This document shows positions 49,142-62,985 of a stretch of DNA of 64,000 bases, one piece after another. The first letter of the stretch is position 1, and each line of letters begins with the position of its first letter. The position numbers were made by a program, and so were the translations under genes. The notes beneath the pieces were generated by a model that had not been told where the DNA came from, did not search any database, and saw only the letters and a list, made by a program, of their open reading frames with translations. Source of the stretch: Azolla caroliniana (lineage: Eukaryota > Plantae > Polypodiophyta); the NCBI GenBank assembly GCA_043228905.1, contig JBHGNT010000008.1:744001-808000 (forward strand), written 5' to 3'.

Positions 49142-49996
49142 AGGCAGATTAGAAAGATTGGGTGTATCATATGGATATGCTAGAATTTTGTTATAATTCC
49201 TCTAAACATTCTGCCACGAGTTTTTTTCCTTTTGAACTAGCCATAGGGAAGCACGTTCTTACACCATTGTCTTTGGTCTCTCGTGCAATTCGAGATAAAA
49301 TTAAAGAGCTTGATGTTGACCTTTTTCTTGCAAATTGGCAAGGAACAATGTGGGGTGCACAACAAGGATTACAACAATCAAAGGAACGAATGGTTCAACC
49401 AACCACCATAAAACATCAACACATCGAATTTTTCAAAGGCGATTTGGTCCTGGTTAGTGCTGCTCATTGGCCATTACAGGGATGACTCTCACACAAATTA
49501 ACCATCGTATGTGCATGCCATATGAAGTACTACAAAGTTTTAATGGATTTACTTACAAGCTGAAATTACCTTGTTCCATCACGATGCATGATATGTTTGT
49601 TTTATGTAAGTTTGCTTGAAGATTTTAGGCAGATAAACATTGGAGTCAGAAGAGTAATCTATGTGAGGAAGTTGAAGAACCTGAAGCAATCTTAAAAGAA
49701 GTGTGCAATGGAGATAGGAATTTCTTGATTAAGTGGAAAGGGTGACCACTTTCAGAAGCCACATGGATCTCTGAAGAAAGTTTGTTTCCTTCGGATCCTG
49801 CATTTTTGTTCGGGTACCATAGCTATAATTAATGGTACAATGGCAAGGACTTAGACACTTCCTGTTGTATCGGTATGATAAGAACACTTTTGGCCATTGT
49901 TCTTCTTTCTCATTATGTTTTCAGATTTAGCGAGTTATGTCATTGTATTAGTGTTTCAGTTTCAAGGACGAAATTCTTCACCTCAAGGGAGAGCAT
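49142..49996 (+). pseudogene. Old chromovirus 3' remnant (integrase C-terminus, chromodomain, PPT)
   Basis: LEFCYNSSKHSATSFFPFEL, GDLVLVS, FLIKWKG*PLSEATW; purine tract near 49986. Confidence 0.7.
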
Positions 49997-50424
49997 TATG
50001 GAGTAGAGTCAAGATTAGAGAAATTAAGGGAAGAATTGTTGGGAGTAGCTAGATGGTTATGTATTTAAGTCGCTTGTGTGCACAAAGAAGAGAGAGGCCA
50101 TTTTCTGGAAATTAGGGGAATGCCCCCCCCCCCCCCCCCCCCCCATGTAATACTTCTTCTTTAATATCAAAATATACCCTTTTCTCTTATTCTCTTGAAT
50201 ACCCCCCTCCACAATTTCCTTCTTCCTTTATTGTTTTTGTAATACATATGTATAAGTAATAATGTATGTATGTATGTATGTATGTATGTATGTATGTATG
50301 TATAATGTATGTATGTATGTATATCATCGTATCGGAAATCATATGGTGAAGATGCCATGCCCTCCTCTCTCTCTTACTTCTTTCTTCTCCTGCAAGCCAA
50401 AGTCAGAGGCAGACACACGGGAAG

Positions 50425-53022
50425 ATGTCGTCTTCTCGTGATGGTGATGAATGTCTGCAAGTGACCACCAAAGCTCTACGCCTTCTCGACGCTGCTGCCT
50501 TCCTCCCCCGCCTCGTTGTCTTTGATCTCGATTACACGCTGTGGCCCTTCTACTGGTAAGTCAAAGTACTATTTGTTCGAGATAAATAGATGGATAGATA
50601 GATAGATAGGGATGTTGTTGATTTTTGGACATCCCGTGGTGAGCTATCATGATCCATGCGACCAGAAATCATTACATACTACTCTTTTGGGTCGTGTAGG
50701 TAGAGGTTTTTGAAATGATAAAAATGAAAAGTAGATGGAAAAGCTTAAATGAAAAACTAAGCTAGTTTCTTAATCAAGTTTCTATTTTCAATGTCTGTGA
50801 CTGTGTGCGCATCACTGTAATGGCACCTCTTGCTTACTTAAGCATTGGTTTCCGGATTTGAGTTCGGACATCTGCCAGCCAGCCTCAGTAATTTCTCAGT
50901 GGTTAATATATTCTCCCCCATCCCAACCAGAGGTATGGCTGAGCGGCTTAAGGCATTGGTTTGCTAAATCAACATACCATCTTGTGGCTGAAATAGTACT
51001 CAAACTTTGATCTATGCATAGTTGTTCTCCATGGCATTGTAGGGATTCCAATCTGGACAAGTAAAACATGCGTTCATGTTCTCACGTGCACATGTTCTTC
51101 AATTGCGCCATTTGCAAACCATGTTTTGGGTGTTGTATTGAGGTTAATGAAATAATTTACTTTTTGTGATTTTTCTGATCTACAATGTAACAATATAGTG
51201 GTTGTGTCTTACGCTGATTTTCCTCCATGACTACACACTGATAAACAAGTTAATTAATAATGTTGTGTTAATTGATCAGAAACCTCTATGTCCAAATCTC
51301 TCTTCTTGTATTTTTAACTTTTTACTAAGTTGATTTTCAGTAGCACTGCCTATACATTTATCCATACAAGATCCCAACACAATCATGCAATAGTTGGTGA
51401 GCTCATTTTTTATTCCCTCCTTTGTATAGTGTCTTAATCCAATTATCTTGCCAACCTTAAGAAAAACTTTGTTTTATTGTTTGGTAACTGTGATGGTTTT
51501 GGAAACTCATGTGTGGATGGTATGGAGATGATAAAGAGACAAATCTCCCTTTTGTGAGTGGTGTAAATCAATAGGACAGTGTGTGGTAGAAACTTTCAAA
51601 TTAAAGAGGAGAATTCAATTCCCTTTTTTTCTGTCAGTGAATGTCATTCCAGGAATGATAACCCTCGCCTGTATAAGGAAGCTAAGGGCATCTTGAATGC
51701 TCTAAAAGAGAAGGAAGTGAAAATGGCTGTTGCATCAAGAACTCCCACTCCAGATATTGCAAGGGTGTTCCTTAATAAGCTTGCCCTCACTCCTTTCTTT
51801 CTTCACATGGTGAGTTTTCAAAACATTGTTATTGATGGAATCTATTTCTGTATTTGGCATCCTTCAGTACAAAGACAAAATGCTGTATGAATTAGTAAAC
51901 ATCATTTTGAAGGTTATGTGAGTTCATGTTGACCCACACAAGAGTAGAGAAAATGAAGTGGATATATATTATTATGAGCTCATCAAAAAGTGTGTTTATA
52001 AGCATCCTTCCTTTAATAGTGTTATATGAGAGCATGATGAGTCACTAAATGGAAGGTCAAGAGTTGAGGAAAATTAAGTGGATGCATATGAATATAAATT
52101 CATGTAAAAGAGTTTATGAACATCCTTTATTTAACTAGTATTATATGAGATTATGCCGACTCACTGAATGGAAGGTCAAATGTAAAAGGAATTGAGTGGT
52201 GCTAAAATGCTGTTGAACAAGTGGGTACATATTAATATAAATTGACTAGAGAGTGTTTCTAAGTATCCTTCACTTGCAAACTAATTACCAGAGTCCCACG
52301 AAATCTATTCAATTCCTGTTTCAAGTAGGCCAACTCACAAAATGGAAGCTGAAGAGTAGAGGGAATTGAGTGGGGCGGGACTAAAATGCTCTTGTACAAG
52401 TGGATATATATTAATATAAATTCACCTAGCAGAGTTTTTCTAAGTATCCTTCATTTGCAAACTAATTACCAGATTCCCACTGAATATATCCAATCCCTTT
52501 TTCAAATAGGGGTAAACCCTAAACCCTTTTATTTTGCTTGATGCAGGAGATATTTCCTAGTTGGACACACAAGACAGAACACTTTAGGAATATTCAACAA
52601 AAGACAAACATACCTTTCAATTCCATGCTTTTCTTCGATGATGAGCTTCGGAATATAGATTCGGTATGCTAACTGTATCCTAAATGCTTGAATATTCCAG
52701 CTTATTTTGGAAGCTTATTGCAAACCCTTTTTCTAATTAGAAATCATCAGGGTATTTTCTAATTATAAAAATAACTAGACATTTTTATTGTGTCTTTTCG
52801 CTTTTTACCATACATTATTAACTCATTATTCATCAATATATTTTCAAGTAAGATATTGACATTGTGCTATGCATGTAATGTTTTGTGGACATAATTGATC
52901 AGGTTTCTCGAATGGGTGTAACCAGCATTCTTGTAGATGAGGGTGTTACTATCCAAGCATTGAAGGAAGGTTTAATAAATTACGCAAAAAAAACTGAAAA
53001 TCCTACATCAACTTTCTCCTGA
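50425..53022 (+). CDS. MDP1: Magnesium-dependent phosphatase 1 (HAD IIIC), 4 exons
   Basis: Exons 50425-50555, 51638-51809, 52547-52663, 52903-53022; LPRLVVFDLDYTLWPFYCEC, AVASRT, EIFPSWTHKTEHF, MLFFDDE..RN, MGVTSILV. Confidence 0.92.
50930..50977 (+). pseudogene. Fragment of mitochondrial-type tRNA-Ser(GCU) (micro-NUMT) in MDP1 intron 1
   Basis: GAGGTATGGCTGAGCGGCTTAAGGCATTGGTTTGCTAAATCAACATAC matches the recalled 5' two-thirds of plant mitochondrial trnS-GCU; T-arm and 3' acceptor strand absent. Confidence 0.75.
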
Positions 53023-53940
53023 CTTACAAACATTAAATTGCTCATTCGACAAATGAACATTAAAGGATAATTTAATATATTGTATCAATAATTGGTTTTG
53101 TTGTATTCTAATAGATATGCCCATTGGTGACAAATTCATCTCATACACCTGCATTATGCAATTTATTATTTTTATGAATAAATTATTTGGTTCTCAAATG
53201 CAAATTTGCCATTGTCCTGTTACAAGAGACTTGATAAGAGAACATGTCACATGAGCATGCAGTAGATATGCATGTTTTTGTGTGCATTTAACTGACTCCA
53301 AAATATTCAATATATAGATGTGGTGACACAATTTCCATAGATATGTGTGCTATGAAACTTATCTTTCATCTGGTAAATTTTTCAGCTGTCAAGTGCAACT
53401 TCGTTATCGTCCTCTTATAAGAAACTTGATAAGAGGACATGTCACATGAGCATGCAGCATGATATGAATCTTTTTTGGGTGCATATAATTGATTGTGAAA
53501 TATACACAATATATTGCATTCTTTTGTATACTTTGGTATATGCAATTTGAATCAATTCTTTTCTAGTTCTGGCAGTTCTTGCTTGATGTCATTAATTTAG
53601 TCATGAGGCCTGCTTATATATGATACATACATTTTCATAAGGATGTAGAAATCATTTGTAGTAGGTCCATTTCATTTGCTTTATAGAAACTGCGCCAAAC
53701 TCCAGAATCTACTACCTTGTGTTGAGTAAAGGGATGCTTATCCTCTCATATTCTAATTTAAACTGGAGTATTAGGGAACCTTAAATTGACGATATTGTGC
53801 ATCCTACCTATGCAGACCCAACCTTGACAGTAAAGCATGGGCATTAGGAATGATTATAATCATTACTGAGATCGAACATGATTCCTCAATTTTCCCCTTT
53901 CTTCAAAAAGGTCAGAACTGGAGAAGCGTGGGACATTGCG

Positions 53941-54171
53941 GGCACCCACTTCATCCTGTTCCTAGGTCCTACCATACAATTTGGATTATATTTTGGACGC
54001 AGATTTGTATATGTGACCATTTTTGCCATAGTCCATCTGCAGGAGTCAGTCCTGGCGGCACCCACTTCATCCTGTTCCTAGGTCCTACCATACAATTTGG
54101 ATTATATTTTGGACGCAGATTTGTATATGTGACCATTTTTGCCATAGTCCATCGGCAGGAGTCAGTCCTGG
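53941..54171. repeat. Near-perfect tandem duplication, 116-bp period
   Basis: GGCACCCACTTCATCC...GGAGTCAGTCCTGG starts at 53941 and again at 54057; one mismatch seen. Confidence 0.9.
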
Positions 54172-56222
54172 GAACCAGGCCCTGTTGTCAGCGTTAATAT
54201 GCTGCTTATGCGTGAAACCCATAGTCATAATGTTCTAGATGAATAATATCCAGTGTTCTTCCCTGATTATTTTGTGACCAGCTCCCAAGTTCCAATCTAC
54301 AGTCGAGTCACCGTTTTTGACAGCCAAAATTAGTTGCTACTGGATTCGCCCAAACTACTGATACATAACACATTCTTTAATTGGGTCTAGGCCACTGCTG
54401 TAAACTCCCTACAGCTTCCATTAATCTAGTGGATATTACTCTATTATATCCTCGCAGAGACTAATTTTATGTCATAGGTGTATTGATTACGTTGAATACT
54501 TGCAAATCATGCATAGTTGCAAATTAACATGATTGGAAACATAAAGTTGTGTCAGGATGCAGTGGTCAAAAGTCATATCATGGGATGGAGGAGCATTTAG
54601 CATTTTAAGGAAGAAAGAAATCAACTTGTCATGTACAATGAAGTCTAGTGATAGTGATAGTGATGAGTCATGACTGCAGATTTTGCAGCCTCTGAAGATA
54701 TACTTGCATGTGCTTCCATTTCACAGTACAACGTTGCAAAATATGTTTCAACAATTTTAATCAACCACTTATGCATTCCAAATTTAAATGATTTTGGTAA
54801 ATATGTAAGTGTGACTAGAGCTGAAGCTATTTGAGCAGCGTTGAAACAGGGATGGAATGGGGGTTTCCCCAAATCCTTGCAAACAACCAAAATTCTCAAA
54901 TGTTTACTTTTGGAATTAATCTATACTTCATCATCACTAGTTGTAACTTGTAATCTCAGATTTATACATTTTATTTGAAAAATATGGGTGAGTTTCTGCT
55001 TGTAACTTTAATAACTAAGAACCATCCTTTCAAGCACGAACCAGTCGCCAGTACTTGATTTGCTATTTTGTTTGACGATCAGCCACCTGCATATACCTAG
55101 TAGTAAATCTTAAACCTCTAGTGGAGAAAAGTCTTTATAAATCAATTTGTTATTGCTTATGATAATAGGCTTATGATAATGGGCAGGCTGAATATACCTA
55201 GCAGTCAACCTTCTATCTCTGGTAGAAGTCTTTACAGATCTATTTTGGATTTTTATCACCATTAATCTTCACGCTCTAGTGCACAAAAGGTTTCAATTTT
55301 TAATTTTAGTTCGTTATCATGTATGATAGTCAGCAGGTTGAAAACACCTATTAGGTATAATTCTTCAACTCAAAGCGCACAAAGTTCTTATAAATTAATT
55401 TGATGAGCTTATTTGCCTATTTGATTAGCACACGTGACCAGTCATTTCTGATATAAGGACATGCAAAGCGCTGCAATAACATAATTATACGATGCCTGTC
55501 TGGCAAGTACACGTGACTTTTAATTAAAACAGAATGGTCGTGATAATTGAATTTTTCATAAGAATTACCAAGATTTCAGTTTTTGCCAATTACCTATACC
55601 AAGTCAATTTACAGACCTCGACGCAAGTAACCAATTACATAGTAAAGTCAGAGCTTAAAGAGTTGAATCAACATGACCCACCCTACAGAAGCCCTCTTTT
55701 TTCTACATACAATAATAGAGCTTTGGTTTGTACCCAATTTAAAAGTTGCTAGGTCTTGAGTAAAAAATGGATTTAAAAGTAATTATGTAATGCATGGTGT
55801 CATTACAAGTTATATGAAAACTTTCCCTTGCCCAAATGTGAATTATGAGAAGGGAGCTTGTCTTCAAAGCTTTCTTTACCGGTTAATATTTCTGTCCTTT
55901 TTATTAAAAGAATCGGCATCCTATCATCATTTTACAAAAGAATGCACTGGCTACAGCATTAAATGCTTGCAGCAGCCAAATTTGGTGATTTTATTCAAAG
56001 CAATTGCATTCCTGATACGTTGGGTTCAATTCACATCTTCTGAAATGAATTGTTCAGTGTAAGTGGAGCAGCTCATTGCAAGTTAACAGCATGCCTTCCA
56101 TAAGACAAGACCTGAAACAACAGATTAAAATCAAGCATTAAAAAAAAATTAACGAAATACCTGTCACTACCACATGATTTAACACAATTTGCTATGACTA
56201 TATATTACCTGAGATGGAGAAT

Positions 56223-59200
56223 TTATTTGAAGATCCGCAGTAGTCCAAGACCAAGTGCCATCACTGACACAATAGTTCCTGCAGTAAGAATTGAAAAAAT
56301 GATTAAAAATACTGGATATGGCCTTCTGAAATTCTTGTTCGACAAACCTTATTGCCAATTATTTGGCATACTCTTTAACTACTGAAACCACAGAAACAAA
56401 ACGCAATTCATGAAAATAATATTCTTTTTTTAATGATATTTTAAAAACCAATGAGAGAAACTTAACAGCTAACAGTGTATGATGACTCCATACTTGGTAG
56501 CATAATAAATGCATGACATGCGGGATTCCAATACTTTTCTGCCTACTGTAGTACCATGTTCTTCTCATAAATCTCCAAGGTCAACTCCAGGGTAATAGGT
56601 CCCTAGAAAACTTCAGAGTCTCATATTGCTACCCAATTAAGCTTCAGGTCCATGCAAAAACTGGTTTTCTTACCATTATAGCCAAGGGATTTGCATAACT
56701 AAGAATCATCTCCCAGTCTTGAAGATGACATGTCCATGATTAATACAATGTTGGAAAGTAGATCACAAGTTCCTAATTGATCCATTCCCTTAAGAAAATG
56801 ATTAGTGGGCTTATTAATAAATCTCCATATAACATAGGAATCTAGGTCACTGACATTTTATGTATGTATATGCCTTACGTTTCTATATTAAAACTTTTGA
56901 CCTGTTCAAATTTTCCTATTACAGAAGAATAGGATCAGCTTGCTCTGTTAAAAACGAATGTAAAAATGCACATGAAACTACAGAACTTGTCATGTCCTTA
57001 ATCACGATGAAGAAAGAAAAAACAACACATTGCAACGTATTTACATTGCATTAGTTTAGGGGTGAGGAATCTGGAAAACGGTACTTCGTAATTTTATAGC
57101 CAGAACTCACCTATACAATATTTGATAACCTCATACTTTGATGCTTCCAACTGTGTCTTGAGAGCATGGATTTCCTGTGGTGTACCATAGCTCAAAAATC
57201 TCAGATAAAAAAACAAACCAAACCATCAGAAGCACAAAATCCTGATATCAATTGTGACCTTGTTAAGCTTGTTGGTCAAATTGGAGGTGTCAGCACTTTG
57301 TTTTGCCAATTCCTCTCGCATTCTCCTAAAAATGAGCTAAAAAATTATCAGTTTAACATATTTAGTGATAAAACGAAAACAATTAACTTCATTTATTTAG
57401 TTTTACTAAAAAGCAATACCTTACCCACGTTCTAAATTCAGGTCTAAACGCTGGCCTGCTGAGATTTTGTCCATCTCATACCTAATGTAGTAAACATAAA
57501 CTAACAATTAATCAATAGAGAACCAAAACCCACGAAATTTGAGCTAGTAATAACCAAGGGAAAGCACCTCACTTCCGCCTTCAGTTTGTCGATGTCTACC
57601 TTTATCTTCTCAGCCTCACGTTGTATTGCAGAAACCTTTTTTTCCTGAATACACATGTATGCCATAGTTACTTCCTCCCTCTATGCCAAAGAGACCATTA
57701 GCCTGGCATGTCCAGCTCAATCTATATAAAGCATGTCCTTTTTCTTTTCAAAACACAGCAACTTACATTAGCTATATAAGAAAAGCACGACCTTTCCCAA
57801 CCATAATGATGATCTACAGTAAACGTGAACTCTTGATATATTCTAGAATGACTCCATTAGTCATTTACATAGGACAACTCCATGGGTAATAAAATGTTAG
57901 TGCACGTGACTTCAGATGGAAGTATCTTATATAAAGTTTTGATGGATTATAAATGATCTCCCCTCATAGCAGACAAGGTGCTAGGTTGACATTTTCGTAG
58001 AAGCATAATAAAGTTGGCTTTCAAATAAGAGAAATCAATCCCATTACTTAGTACACAGCTTTCGCACATGTGAGGAAATCACCAGACAAATGAGAAAGTT
58101 TTCGGTTAGAGAGAGCAACTGAGTGTCACTTTTAAGATCTCAAATGTGCATTCTAAGGTCGTACACAATCTTCTGTGGAAAGGAATCTTCTTTAATAAAT
58201 CAGTCACAGAGATTATGCAATTTTGTTGTTAGATAAGCAAAATCAGTGGAATCACCCTGAAAGTGTACGATTCAGCTGAGGCTACACCATGCCAATAGTA
58301 GTTGGCAACCATCAGAAGGTGATATATGCTTCTATAATTGCAAAAGTAATGTATCACTATTCCTTGGCAATCAATATTGTGAGGATAGATTAGAGAATGT
58401 AATCTATTGAAAAACCGGCAGCAACCAAAGTATCTTCCCACTTTCATCATTAGTTGATAATGGATGTGGTAAGTGCTGTGTGAAAAATTTTAACCAAGTT
58501 AAGTAATACCTCAGAGCTTTCCACTTCTGTCTTCAGCTTCAACAAGGCAGCTTCTTGTAGCATGTCACTCTGTTAGAGAAACCAAAAGGAATAAAAGCTT
58601 CAGAAAACAACTGAAAACAAATATTTCAAATATGACAGCGTCAAAGGAAATATGAGAAAAATAATAAAGAATTGTCTACATGACAGTATCCTGATTTATC
58701 TGAAGAGTTACAAGCCGCATTGTTTCAGAGTTACGATACCTTTTGTAAATCGGACTTAGAAACAAAAGAATGTCCAACGCTATCCAAGCAATCATTGAGC
58801 ACGTCAGTGATGACTGCAGTGATGGCCTCAGCTTGGTTTGCAGTAAATCCGTGTGACTCTAGCTTTCTTACCTAATCCAAACACAGAACACATGCTTTGC
58901 TATAAGCCCTACACATAGACATATGTATACATGCAGACAATCGCATGTATGTGAGGGTGTGTGTGCTTAGGAAAGAGAAGGGGAAGAAACATACCAGAGC
59001 TAGAGTATCTACAAAGACAACATTTTTTGCTTCGTTAGGGGCAAGCTGCGAGGAGAAACACCTTGTCAATGCGAAATGTGTAGAGGAAGAAGCGATGGAT
59101 GATGAAGTGGTACATCGAGATCTGCTAGGCAAGAGTTTAGGATCCTGCGCAGCAGCCGATGCCGCAAGGAAGGAGAAGTGAGGGATGGGATCTGAGGAAT

Positions 59201-59315
59201 TAGCTACTGCTGGGAGAGGCGCTGGAGAAGGAGATAGAGCACAACAACGCTGCTGGTTCGAGGATAGACGGCAAAGCTTAGTTGCCACGCTGCGTACAGC
59301 ACCTCCACTTCCCAT
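56223..59315 (-). CDS. DUF1640 family mitochondrial coiled-coil protein (FMP32/CCDC90/MCUR1-like), 8 coding exons
   Basis: Exons 59315-58995, 58871-58740, 58569-58510, 57644-57568, 57481-57425, 57325-57259, 57174-57111, 56278-56223; transit-peptide-like N-terminus, FVDTLALVRKLE, YEMDKISAGQRLDLNLERGR, KYEVIKYCIGT, C-terminal TM. Confidence 0.92.
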
Positions 59316-59617
59316 CAATGGATCTCAAATCAATGGATCTTTTCAAATCAATGGATCTTTTCAAATCAATGGATCGCAAATCAATGGATCTCAAATCAAT
59401 GGATCAATGGATCTCGATGGATGGATCAATCTGTGTCTCTTCCTGTGTAGCTTTCAGGCCTTGCAGCTTCAGGCCTCCTCCTTCAACTGTCTCTGCAACT
59501 TCCGCGTAGAAGTGGAACGAAGCAGAAGCAGAAGCAGAGAGAATCTTGCGGGGAATCGTTCAAATATGAGTCCTCCTCCTCTCCATTTCTCAGGCATCGG
59601 CTTTTTCTGATGATGAT

Positions 59618-59635
59618 GGCCCATGGGCATGGGCC
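59618..59635. promoter_or_regulatory. Site II (TGGGCY) cluster upstream of the DUF1640 gene
   Basis: GGCCCATGGGCATGGGCC about 300 bp upstream of the ATG; site II/TCP motifs are typical of nuclear genes for mitochondrial proteins. Confidence 0.5.
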
Positions 59636-60876
59636 ATCATCATCATCATCATCATCATCATCATGGATGGATGGATGGATGGGATGGGATGGGATGGGAC
59701 ATCATCATCATCATGGATGGGATGGGATGGGATGGATAGTATGAACCATACGTACCATACGTGCATTCGCATTCGCATTCGCGAAATACCATACTTTTGA
59801 ATTAACTATTTATTATGAGGTAAATAAGCCTAAAAATGGGAAAAAAAACAACAAAAAACATTAAAAAAATGGGAAAAAAAATACAAGAATGTTTGAATAA
59901 CATTCTCATTCGTTTTCCAACGTAGGAAAACGAATGTTATGCTAGATGAACACGAATTTTACGTACTATGGATCATCATCATCATCATCATCATCATCAT
60001 GGAATGATAGATGATAGATGATAGATGATGTCGTAGGTAAGGTAAGGTAGGTCCGGCGGCTGTTTAGGAAAACAGCCGCCGGACCTACCTTTACCTTTTA
60101 CCTTTACCTTACCTACACTACACTACAGGCTACCACATCATCTATCTATCATCTATCATACATGATATCCATTCCATCCCTTTCCTTCCCCCACATCACA
60201 ATCTAAGCAAAGACCATTCCTTCATGACCTACTCTACCACCATTGCACTAGTTGGCCTACCTAAATAAATAATCAATCGTCGATCCTTATGAAGTTTTGA
60301 AGGTCGTTGTCATTAGGTCACCTAGTTGTTGCCAGGAGGAGGTTGTGTCATGCGATAGTATCTCTAACACATACCCCCCTCGCATTTAATTCTATTAGTT
60401 TATCTAATTCTCTTGTATTTGTACAGTTGAGAAGCTTGCCCTACAATCTCGTTGGGCAGCATTCTATAACCCCATGCCTCGCAAATGTGTTACGATATCT
60501 ATTATCAACTTTCGTCTTGCTAAGATTGTCCATGAACAAATGATGTTAAGCTCTTCGGATTTCATCTTTGTAACAGTGTCCACGATTGAATAGCATTATG
60601 TTCTTCTATCTTCATAATTTTTAGCTACGAACTCCATGACTAACACTTAGAATATTGGGCTTACTTACGTCTTTAGTTTTTGATGCGGGCTCATATACAT
60701 GTGTGAAGTTTGTGACTCCTCCCAATACATTATGTATAAAGCAAAGGTGCTAATGTGGGAGAAAAAAGCTTCTCAAGGTATCATTCTTGTTTCCCTTAGA
60801 CATGCGATAGACCTTTTACCATGTGCTTTTATTCCCACAATAACTACTTTCCCCCTACACCTTATCATTGTTTTTA

Positions 60877-61189
60877 GGGAAAAGTACCAAGATACCCCTG
60901 GAAATTCGTCTATTTACCAGAATGCCCCTAGAAGTTCCAAATTTACCAAACTACCCCTATGTCCAAAAAAATACACTTTATAAAGTAATTATACACTCAA
61001 ATCTACAAGCCCTATTTATTAGAATACCCTTAAAACACACATTTCTTTACTTAAGAGATTCTTTGGGTCCTTTGTACTTACTTTATAAACTGTATTTTTT
61101 TGGACATACGGGTAGTTTGGTAAATTTGGAACTTCCAGGGGCATTCTGGTAAATAGACGAACTTCTAGGGGTATCCTGGTACTTTTCCC
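60877..61189. mobile_element. Mutator-like MITE
   Basis: ~110-bp TIRs starting GGGAAAAGTACCA; 9-bp TSD TTGTTTTTA/TTTTTTTTA; no ORF. Confidence 0.85.
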
Positions 61190-61782
61190 TTTTTTTTAAC
61201 ATATGTACAATGGGGAATGGTTTCAACTTTATTTAAACTTGCTACCATCATTACTACCACAACCATGGTCTAATTAAATTTAAATGCTTTTCACACTTCA
61301 TCTTCAACTTAACACTACAATGAAATGAGAATAAGTTTTCCCACCAATCAAACGGGAAGTGAAATTTTGTTTGATTATAAAATAGGGCTATTGCCTTTTG
61401 AGGTTTGAAAAAATCTTCATGAAGATGTTGGAGTGCGATTTGCAAATGCTACGATATCATCTCGATATGTTTCACAAATATTTGGATGTCACCATTAATC
61501 TTGAAGTGCAATATTTGAATCGGAGCTCAACATCAGGCCAATCTTGTTTGCTTCATTATGTATAGGCAACAAGTTCACATTGTACAAGACCACGATTCCA
61601 ACTTCCTTGTGTACTTTACCAACTAATTGAATCAATGATTGAAAAGTCTATAGTAGGAAGGGGCTTGATGATCACCAACTAATAATAAGTGTACTAGTAT
61701 TGGGCTATAGGCTATCCCTAATAAGATGGAGCTTGATGTCCACTTCTTGAGGGTGAACTAGTATAACTCTAGAGGCAAGTTT

Positions 61783-62985
61783 TCAAGATGGGTTGGGGTC
61801 TTTTCAAGATTGGAAGTACTCTTGGCTGTTAAAGGATATTCAGATGATAAGACCTACTGATCCTTTGAGGTGGATGAAGCAAACCAATTGACACAATCTG
61901 GGGAAATGAGGATAGATTACCCTTATGCTATGGAACACAAGATAAGAATCATCGGATATGCTGACCGGAAATGGTACATTGACCCAATGATTGGGGAAAT
62001 AAAGGCACATTGGAAGTTGTGGGTGTTGGCTAAAATATCGGTTTTCAGATTAGAATGGGACCCAATGGATTATCAGTGGACAGACCCTTTTACGGGTAAC
62101 AAATTTAATTTTTTCCAATATTCTGTACAGTTAGGAAGACATGTGCTTTCAGATATACGAGATGTGACACCGGCTGCTTTTCAATTTTGGAATCAACAAG
62201 GTATTACTCCCCAATTCCTGGCAAATTTTTGGGTAGTGTTATGGGCTAGAAAACAGCCACACCAAATATTGCATGTACAGTGGTTGCTTGTACATCGAGC
62301 CTTGCCAGTTGGCACATGGCTGCATAGGATGGGAGTAGAGTCTACTTGCGCACGATGTCGTTTACAAATGGAAACTCAAAAACATTGCTTATGGGAATGT
62401 ATTGAGTCTCAATTGATATGGCAACGTCTCCTTAGAATTTTTGCTAATTATTTCTCCCCGTTGGTTTTCACTTGGGGTATGGTGGTTTGGACATCTCTTG
62501 TCCGTGATGTATTTCATTATGATAACGAATCAATGGACCATGGATTTTGCACTAATTTTGGAAGAGTACATAAAGTACCATTGTTGTCACTACAGTTTAC
62601 AGGAATACGAAAGGAAGTCCAACCAGTATGGGAGATATTGAGTAGTACCACTATATATCATATTTGGAAGACTAGGTGCTCTCTTATTTTCCAACAACTG
62701 AAAACACCACCGGCCGAATTGGTCTCAAATATTTGGTTAGACATAGTGCATACTTTGAAGGGACAATGGGATGGTATTATTGGTGACTCTGATGCTAAGA
62801 TTGCTCAACGGCATGAGTTTATCACTATATGGAAACCTTCTCCATTCATGACAGCCAACTGTGGTACTCCTTATTGGCATTATCAACCTCCGAAATGGTT
62901 GTTTCCCCCCCCAATTACATAGAACTTTGAATCTTGTAAAATGACTATACTAATGACAGGATATTTTTTAAATAAAAAAAGAAAA
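61783..62985 (+). mobile_element. 5'-truncated L1-type LINE with open ORF2 C-terminus (zf-RVT)
   Basis: ORF 61870-62922 with CARC..ETQKHCLWEC and IWKTRC; A-rich tail 62971-62985; TSD AACTCTAGAGGCAAGTTT (61765-61782 / 62986-63003). Confidence 0.88.

Noticed and set aside
50123-50144. Poly-C tract as a regulatory G-quadruplex for MDP1
   Set aside because: Simple homopolymer at the edge of a TE remnant; no supporting evidence
52725-52765. Hammerhead ribozyme (CTGATGA..GAAA on the minus strand; also 41558 on the plus strand)
   Set aside because: No valid stem II/III geometry around the core motifs
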